Shown: positions 55,548 through 63,871 of the stretch, one piece after another
How the letters are laid out: each line of letters starts with the position of its first letter
How positions within the stretch are numbered: the stretch's first letter is position 1
Source of the DNA: Mesotaenium endlicherianum
Lineage: Eukaryota
DNA length: 63,871 bases
Assembly: GCA_009602735.1 (NCBI GenBank)
Contig: WELA01003365.1
Span: forward strand, 377,491-441,361
Direction of reading: 5' to 3'
Translations under genes and position numbers: made by a program
Notes under the pieces: generated by a model
Seen by the model: the letters and a program-made list of their open reading frames with translations, nothing else
Told to the model about the DNA's origin: nothing
The model's database searches: none

Positions 55548-58500
55548 GAAGAGGGGCCGCTGCTGCAACAGCTGCTGGAGATTACCGTCGAGGTGGTTGC
55601 ATCTGCTCCCGTCCGGCAAAGAGGCGCAGGGGCAGGCGCAGCTGCAGGCGCAGCGGCGGGCGCAGCCGCAGCAGCAGCTGCAGCCGCAGCCGCGCGCGCC
55701 CGTGTCAAGGGTCTCGGAGCTGCTGAGAGTCGCAAGCGGGAGCGCAGCAAAGAGCGTGCGCGCCAAGGAGAAAGGGCCAAGAGGCCGAGAGGGGAGAAGC
55801 AGCAGCAGCAGCAGCAGCAGCGGCGGCGGCAGCAGCAGCAGCGGCAGCAGCAAAGGTTGCAGAAAGGAGGGGCCGCAGGCGGTGCAGAGAGCAGAAAGAG
55901 GAAGAGCCTGAGGCTCACGGAGGCTGCCGTCGTCCTGGCCTTGGATGCTGCCGGCTCACTCGGTGCTGGTGGACCAGGAGGTCCAAAAGGGGAGCCACGT
56001 GGCCCCCCCCACAGGGGACAGGATGCAGCAGCCAGGGCTAAGAAGGCTCCCCAAGGAGATCAGGCTCCCTTTGGGGATCTTGGGAAAGGAGTGCAGTCGG
56101 CTGGCCAGGCGGGCCCCCAGGTGTCCGAGAGGGAGGGGGAGAGGTTGAGGAAGAAGGCTCCTGATAAGCAGTCCGGCGACAACCACAGCAAGTCCCGTGC
56201 AGCGTCTGCTCTTCCCGTCGCCATCGCTCTGCCTGCTCTTGCTGCTGCTCCTGATGCCGATGCTGCTGCTGTTGCCGAAGCTCGGACAGCTCGGGGGGAA
56301 GCTGACCATCTGGAGCAGGGGCTAGGCGAGCCTGCTGGGCCGGCTGCCTCTAGAGGAGACGAGGCACAGGTGGGGGCGCAAGAGGAGGGCTTGAAGGAGG
56401 CGCAAAGACCAGGGCACAGAGGGGCCCAGGAGCTGCCTGGTGGCGCAGATGTAGGCGCAGGAGCAGACGCAGGCGATGGCGGGCACATGAGCTCTGCCAG
56501 GCAGGATGCCGCCCGGCTCAGAAGGAGCTTCAGGAGGGCCATGGCCGTGACAGCTATCAGGCGCAACACTCTGGAGACGCAGCCTCCGGGACGCGTGGCG
56601 GAGATTGATGACATGCTAACCGGGGAGAGCAAGGAAAGGGCCAAGGCAGAAGAGCACGAGCAGCGAGCAAAGCAGGAGCATCCAGGAGCAGCCAAGGTCC
56701 GCAGCATCAGCACCAGCAACAGAGACAGGAGCAGTGGAAAGAAGGAGAAGAGGGGGGGAAGACTGCTTTCAGAGGCGGCTGCTGGGGCTGCTGCTGGCGC
56801 TGCCTCTGGGGCTGCCGCTGGGGCTGCTGCTGGCGCATCCCAGCTTCGAGCGAGAGAGAAGGAGCCCAAGAGAAAGGCAGTGGAGGATCTTGCCGGAGGT
56901 GCCCCCCGGCTTAGTTTGCTGAGCCCCGTTGATGGGCTTCAATCTGAGCGCAACCGTGCCGGTGCTGCTGGCGACAGGCGGGACAGGCGGGCAAAGGGGT
57001 CCAACGGTGCAGCCAGCAAGCAGAACCGAGACTTTGTGAAGGAAAAGAGTGTCCTCTCCAGCAGAAGTGACAAGGAAGCTGCGGCTGAGGATGAACACGC
57101 GGCTGGAGACGAAGTTGCGGCTGGGGAGGATGCGCTGCCAGGTGGTGGCAAGAAGGGCGAGGGAGAGGGCGACGCTGTGGAGCTGGACTTTGCTTCGCTT
57201 CTCCTTGACCTGGCCTCGAGCGAAACTGCCCCTGCCCCTGCCCCTGCCTCTGGCTCTGCCTCTGTGGGACACTGGGGCAGCGCTGGCAGAGCGACAGGTA
57301 GCTTGGGTGCCCTGCGGGTAGGTGGCGCAGCCGCAGCGAGCAGGAAGAGGGACAGGGCAAAGGGGGGCCACAAGAGAGGCCAGAGGGAGTGGCGTCTGCC
57401 TGCCGCTGGACGTGTCCGGACGACTCCTCTGAATTCTGCAGAGCGCAACCTGGCAAGGGCCAAAGCAGCCTCTGGTAAGGTGCCAGCTGGATCTCGGATG
57501 GCGAGTGCCCATGATGGGGGACAGGCCTCTGAGGGAGAGGGGGAACAGCAGGCGGGGCAGCTTCAGACGGCCACAAGGCCCCCGGCAAGAGCTGGTGAGT
57601 AGTGCAACTGCCAGGAGTTGCGTTGCTTTTCTGCTGTGGTGGTAACACTGCGTCAGTGTTGGCAGTTATATCAGAGTCTGCCCACCCCCCCCACCCCCCC
57701 ACAATGTTCAGTCCCTCCCTTACTCGGGATCTTGTGTGCTCACCGCGCTACTGGTCATGGCGCACTTTGCGCACCTTGCTGTGCACCTTGGAACTCTTGC
57801 CCTCCGGCTGGCCACTCTGCGTGCGTCTGTGAGTCACCAAAAGAAGGGGAGCTGATGCTGCAGTTGCTGCGCTGGTTGAGGCCCCTGCCGCGCTGCCCTG
57901 GGCTCCTCTTGGAGGAGCATCTCCGGGTCGCAGTGTCTGCTTCTCAGTTGCCTCCACTGGAGATGCTGCGCGGCATTGTTGTTGTTTGAATTGCATCCTT
58001 TTGGACACACCCTCGCGCTTTCTCACCTGCACTGCACAAGCAGCTGGCCTGCCTCACCTATGCGTCGCGGATCAACGGTTTGAGCTTGCGGCCGATGGTC
58101 GGATGCGCACCCATGCAACTTGGTGGGAGCCCGGGGGTGGAGACAGGGCCAGCCTAGGGCGGTCCTCTGTGGGCACTACGGGATGAGATCACTGCATGTG
58201 TGGTGATTGTTGTAAGTGATGTCTCTTCATAAGAGGGCTAGCTCTCTGCAAGGAGGTGGAGTTGATGTGATCCATGCATGCCGTTGGCTCGCCTCCCCCG
58301 AGAGGAGATATTGTTGTGCGGAAGAACTTCCACTGGGGGGTGAGTTCCGGTCCTGTGTCTAGTAGCAAGGCAACCGCAGCCCCTCACCGCAAGCCTTGTC
58401 TGCTTCCTGTGTTGTTACAGCTGGCAAGCCCGCGAGCCTCCCCGCGTCCCCAGCGCCGGCGCACGCCCCGGAGCCCGGCAGGGCCGCCACGCCGACGTTT

Positions 58501-58764
58501 CCGCTGTCCAAGGCAACGAGCAAGCTGTCGAGGGGTGGCCTGGCAGCCGCCGCCCGGGAGGTGGAGGATCGGGGCGGCGTGGACGGCTGGCTGTGGCACA
58601 TCGGGCTGTCAGCGTACGCCTCCATCTTCCGGAAGCACGGCATTGACAGCCTGGTGCTGCCCCTCCTGGCGTGGGAGGACCTCGTGCACATGGGCGTGCC
58701 GACGATGCGCGTGCGGGAGAAGCTCCACAAGGCCATCTGCGAGCTGCAGCGGCTCCACGCGTGA
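53556..58764 (+). CDS. Large low-complexity protein with a C-terminal SAM (sterile alpha motif) domain, about 1460 aa
   Basis: A 4-kb open exon 53556-57594 (donor G|GTGAGT) joins in phase to 58421-58764 (acceptor TTACAG). GVDGWLWHIGLSAYASIFRKHGIDSLVLPLLAWEDLVHMGVPTMRVREKLHKAI fits the SAM consensus. The start codon is uncertain. Confidence 0.8.
55489..55851 (+). repeat. CAG/GCN trinucleotide repeats encoding polyQ and polyA tracts
   Basis: (CAG)n near 55515-55543 and 55800-55850, with an Ala/Gly run between them. Confidence 0.9.
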
Positions 58765-60282
58765 GGAGGGGGAGGGGAGGGGGGCCGTCGAGGCTGAGGC
58801 TGAGGCTGAGGCGAGGCAAGGCGAGGCGAGGCACTTGTGGTGGCGGCGGTGGCGGCGGTGGCAGCAGCGACTTGGCGGAGGGCGCGCGCACCTGCGTGCG
58901 GGCTGCTGCTGAGCAGCCCGAGGACCGACGGCTAGAGCTGGAAAGAGTGGCGCTCGACTGTGTGAGGCTGTGTGACTGAGTAGGGATGTAGAATTTCTAT
59001 GAACCTGCTCTCATGGACGCGGTGTGTGACATTCTCACTCGGCAGCTGCTGCTGCTGGGCTGACGTGTTTGCCAGCAGTCTGGCCAGCGATTACCGAGGA
59101 TTGGAGCTCTTTAAGAGTTTATTTATTATAACTGTGAGAGAATTCATGTGAGACAGACCTCCTGAGGTGGGAGAGAGTTTTTGGAGGTCAAGTTAGACTG
59201 GAAAGGGATATCCCCCTGAGGAGAAAGGCAGATGGGAGCTGCAACCGGCAACTTACTAGCTTTTCATCTGAAATTGGGTCGCAGATAAATTTCTCCCTTC
59301 CTCTATCTTGAGAGGAGCCTGCTGGCTTTTTAACATTTTGGGAGGAGGTCCAGCTGCCAGAAGATTTTAAACGAGTACCCAGTGTTGTGGGAGGCTCACT
59401 GTACGCATATCGGAAGCACGTGGGGGCTGGGGTTAGGGAGGTACAGGGACTCCATTTTGGAGTACCGCACTCAGACTGGGTTTAGGATCATGCTGTTCCA
59501 ATTAGGAGTCATTTGTAATGTTTTAAGGTTCGTAGTATTTTAGATAACTCTTGTGGGACACTGTGGGGCATGGAGCTTCTGTCTCACAAGATTCCCCTCG
59601 TCCCATTCCTGTCCCACTCAAGTGCGATACAGTATTTGGACTCTGTTTTATCAACCAATTCTTTTGTAACTTTCTGTTCGGGACACCTTGCCTATGCTCG
59701 AGTTTTTCAGCAAATTATCATGGATTCTACGCAAGAATTCTAGACAGGAATTGATAATGTCTTCAATCTCAGTGACACCGAGACCCACTTTCAAACAACA
59801 AACTAAGTTTAGCCTCACATGGAATCCACTGAATGGTACAGCTAGTTACCTATATATATTGTATGTAGACAGCATTGCACTCGTAAGGAACGCGGTAATA
59901 TGCATTCTTTGGCAAGGAAAGCAAAACTTTACGTGGTCTTTTGTGTGTGAAAAATATGATCATTTCATTCCCTCACCATTAAGTATCTAGCCTACGGGTT
60001 GTAGTTACAACACGGCTTGAGGACCAGCTGCATATGTGGTTTTGTAAATCACGACAACAAGGTTTTACTGCGCAAGCTCAGTCAACAGCAATCACGAAGT
60101 AATAATCTTATTGCAATTGGGACAATCAGATACGGAATTCGTGCTGGTTTATTTCTTGTCAATCTGAAAGTTCCTCTTCAGATCGGAGCTTCAGGATGAC
60201 TCCATGCAGGCGCGAAATCTGTTCTCAGACTCTACCCTGCTTTGCCAGCAAGCCCAATGGCACAGCCGGCGTTATCATAAAC

Positions 60283-60490
60283 AAGTACTCCTATACATGG
60301 TAGTCGACAGTACGCATAATCCACATCTGCACTGGCCTTCACAATGTCCTCCTGTATGGTACATTCACTATGGCTCCACTATGATACGATAATAAAGTAT
60401 CCTCCTATGCATGGTAACCCATATTGCATGATTCGGGTTCACGTTGGCCTCCAAAATGTGCTCCTGCGTGGTACATCCACTATGGCTCTG
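60283..60490. repeat. Diverged ~112-bp tandem duplication between convergent genes
   Basis: AAGTA..CTCCTAT.CATGGTA...TGGCCT..AATGT.CTCCTG..TGGTACAT.CACTATGGCTC occurs twice. Confidence 0.75.
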
Positions 60491-60946
60491 CAAAGAATTG
60501 CAGGCCTTACGCACACGCGTTATGCAACCGCCCCACACTACCACCTTGTATGAGAGCAATAACCTTACCTCATAGACATGCAGGCACGAAGCATTCTGAA
60601 TGTGGCGTCAGCCAGGCCATTCTTCGCAGGTATCTCTCTACGCGCTAATTATACCTGGCAAGCGACGGCCGCACATCAACCCCTCTAAATGCACCGCATG
60701 CAACCACCCCTTGTTTTTGCACCTCGTGCACACTGCACCTTAACCTCGACACCAGCACACACCAGAAGTGCAGGGCCAAGAGCAGCCCCATACTTGCACT
60801 ATTCTAAATCTTATACGCATCATCACCTCCCTCCAACGTCACTCACCCTCACGCGGTTGACTCAGTAGTCTACAGGATGCCTCGTGCCTCGCGCACGTCC
60901 ATGCCAGCAAGCACGACAGCTGGCACACTGTCGAGGACTTGCATCA

Positions 60947-61524
60947 TCAAGCCCGCCTCGTCCGCAAAGCACGCCCCCCTGTCGCACGCCCAGACAGCGG
61001 CAGCCGCTCAGCACCCGACTGCAAGTCATCCGCCACTTGCCCCATTCCAGCCAGAGGCTTTCTGCCTCTCTTCTCATCAAGCTCTCTGTCGTGTGCCGCA
61101 ATGCTTGCATCCGCCTTTGCGCTTGCAACTGCCGGTGCATTTGCGCTTGCGTTTCTGTCCGTGTCCCCATTCGCGGTCCCAGGCGCGGCCGCTTTCGCCT
61201 CTCCGGCGGCAGCGGCATCATCAAGAAGGTCCAAGGCCTCATTGGATTTGACGTACTGCCGGATTCGCCAGGTGACAAGAACGCCAGCGAGGACGCCCAC
61301 GCCTGGCAGCACCAGCTTCCAGGTGCTGGTGCCGCCCGCCTGGGAGCCGCCGTCGGCGCCAGCTGTTGCAGCGATGGCGAAGGTGCCGAGGGACGTGTTC
61401 TGCAGGATCATGGGCATGCCGCCCGCGAGCGTCGGCAGCAAATAGTCGCGGAAGAAGCGCACGTCCGTCGCTGCGGCGGTCCAGCCGGCCCACACGCACA
61501 CACGCGCACCAACGAGATCTCACA

Positions 61525-61571
<47 letters not shown>

Positions 61572-63755
61572 AAGCACATTAGATACTCTGCATGGGGAGC
61601 TAGAGCCCCTCCGGCTCTTCATGGTGGGGCTCACTGGCTGTGTCAGCGGTAAAGCTTTAGCATCCGCCACCGGCCAGTGCCATCTACAACCGTTCAAATA
61701 TGACAACCCCCGTACTGCAGCACTCAGAGAACATAAAGACAGTGATGTAAGCGAGGGTCTCGAAGAGCAGAGTTTCAGGCCTGGCCACCGGACGAGGCCA
61801 CAACTGCAGCCACAGCCGCGACCGCAACCGTAGACGCAGGCGGAGGGGTCTCAAGCAGACTATTGTTTGCAAAGGCGTGAGGAGCAAGGACGAGGGCCAG
61901 GGCAGACAGCAAAGGACCAGGGGGTGAAACAACAAGCTGGAGAGAGAGGGAGAGAGAGAGGGAGGATGGCGAGGCATGCACCCCCTCCGTGCTGGCAGCT
62001 CAAGCAGCTCCACAGCTTTCATGCAGGACGACACGAGATGCGCACTCTCTATCAATCAGTTGCTTGCAGTGTCAACGGAGAGTTACTGTCATTGGCTTCC
62101 AGTGTGCTGTCCTCTGTAAACCTGCCCCCCCTCCTCTCCCCTGACCTCCCCCCCCCCCACTTTGAGCAGCACCAGCGCAAGGGCAAGAGGTGAGAGGGGA
62201 GAAGCGGACGTAGTGAGGCCGACATGTACAGCCCGAATACTCTCTCCTCCAGATGGGGGAATGGCAGTGGGGGAAGGGGGCATGGACGGACAAGATACTC
62301 GTGCCAATGTGAACACACATTAACACAACTTCTTGTGTGTGTGTGTGGGTGTGTGTGGGTTGTGTGTGAACATGTGTGCTACGTACGTGTCGACCCTCCC
62401 AGCCCATCGGCAGGGGGCGCATGGGTTTTAACAGCACGCATGTCTACACACATGCCCTCAAGGAAGTGAGGGTGGCGGGGCGGAGCCGGGAGCAGGGGGC
62501 GGGGGCTTGTATCCCTGAAAATTGACACAGGCAGCGCTGCAGTTCAACTGATTGGCCAACCCACGACTGCCAGGACTGCCACGCGGCTGCCAGGGTGTCC
62601 CTCCCCCTGGCAGGCGTGGCACTCCAGCAGCCGCAGCTGCCGGCTCCATCTGGAGATCCCACGGGCTGCAAGGAGAACCTGACGAGCCCTGTGAGGCCCA
62701 CTCTCAAAGCCCAGGCTGGGCCCCGCCCTCGCCCCCCCCCCTCCCTCTCCACCAACCATACCCCACCCTTCTCCCCCTTCCCTTCCGCCCTCCCCTTGCC
62801 CCAGATGCCTCTCTCTACCCCCCCCAAGCTAGCCCCCAGAAGAAGCCCCGGCAGCTCTGGCAACAGAGGTCCCGGCCGCAGACCAGAGGGCCCCCCCCCA
62901 ACTCCAACCTGCCCCTAGCTCTCTTTCCTGGGGCCCTTTCCCTGGGTCTCCCTGCCCCCCAGGACAGGGACAGACAGAGTGGGTGGCTGAGCCCATCTGA
63001 CTAGCAGCCCATCTGCAACCAGCTAATCTGAGCCCATCTGCAACCAGCTATCAACGTTGACCCCCCTGGCCTGTCTTTCTCGCGTGCTATGCGCAGACCC
63101 CGTCAGACCCCGTCAACACAGCCAGCACATCCGCCCCCGACGGCTCACGCAGCCTCGGCCCAACTACCCGCTCCCTCAGCACGCCCCCTTGCTTCCTCCC
63201 CCCACATCACCCTTTCATGCCCCCCTGCCATTGCCGCGCAGAAGGCAGCACACCATGCCTCCTGTCACAAACAGAGGCTGAGCTGTCGCGATTCGGATGA
63301 GTGGAGCGCACATAGTACAGAAGGAGAAGAAGAAGAAGAAGAAGAAAGCACTGACGGGAGTGGGGCAAGTGCAAGGGCAGGGGGGGAAGAGGGGAAGCAG
63401 CGTACGGGTGAGTGTGAGAGCACGCCTGTGACAGCTGCGTGTAGCAGATAGATAGAGAGAGAGGGAGAAAGGGAGGGAGGGAGGGAGGGAGGGAGGCTGA
63501 GAGGCAGAGACAGACAGAAAGACGGATAGGCCGCCAGGGCCGGCCGCATCAGCCACATCCCACTCACACGCACGCACGCACGCGCGCGCGCACGCACCTG
63601 CCAGCGAGTAGTTGATGATGTAGGAGGGCATGGGCGAGAAGCGCGCCAGCAGCACAAACTTCCACCCGTCGCGGCTCACCCCGCGGCGCACCACGTTGAA
63701 GTACTTGTTCTGCTCCACCAGCTCGCGCGCCCGGGGCCAGCTCCGGAACACCGCC
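60947..63755 (-). CDS. TVP38/TMEM64-type (SNARE-associated, VTT/DedA domain) membrane protein, last two exons
   Basis: Exons 63755-63598 and 61470-60947 give VVRRGVSRDGWKFVLLARFSPMPSYIINYSLAATDVRFFRDYLLPTLAGGMPMILQNTSLG, with the VTT-type R-x-x-P-x-P-x-x-x-x-N-Y motif. The 5' exons lie beyond the window. Confidence 0.9.
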
Positions 63756-63871
63756 CTGCAGGCGCCACGCGCAGGCAAGCACGCGCCAGCCCAAGGCAGG
63801 CAGAGGCACAATCCTCCAGGCTCAGAAAGCGCGTGTCAGAATCAAACTTGGAAGGGGTGGGGTGGGGGTGG

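Noticed and set aside
62989..63051. AGCCCATCTG(CAACCAGCTA) short repeat, and (CA)n/(GA)n tracts in introns
   Set aside because: Ordinary intronic micro- and minisatellites.

Overview
Eukaryotic nuclear DNA with intron-rich, plant-like genes; the gene sequences, GC-rich (CA)n-containing introns and retroelement types suggest a streptophyte (charophyte-type) green alga, which is an inference. Gene order: 5' part of TRA1/TRRAP (- strand, 13 exons), tRNA-Asn(GUU), GAR1 (+), copper chaperone ATX1 (-), a ~26 kb nest of Ty3/Gypsy LTR retrotransposons (about 14.8-40.6 kb), copper transporter COPT (+), a decayed tandem array with a ~1.15 kb period that holds an rbcL fragment, a long low-complexity SAM-domain gene (+), and the 3' end of a TVP38/TMEM64 (VTT/DedA) gene (-). 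The most notable object is the outer Gypsy element A (about 18.3-36.6 kb, - strand). Its polyprotein carries a C5-cytosine DNA methyltransferase between protease and RT and a PHD finger after integrase. It has no tRNA primer-binding site; instead a 14-nt segment at the PBS position is complementary to the predicted transcript 5' end, suggesting Tf1-like self-priming. A younger chromovirus with a likely -1 frameshift signal and a solo LTR are inserted in A, and further solo LTRs and Gypsy fossils lie beside it. All calls were made by eye without database searches. Two N gaps and several single-N joins limit certainty.
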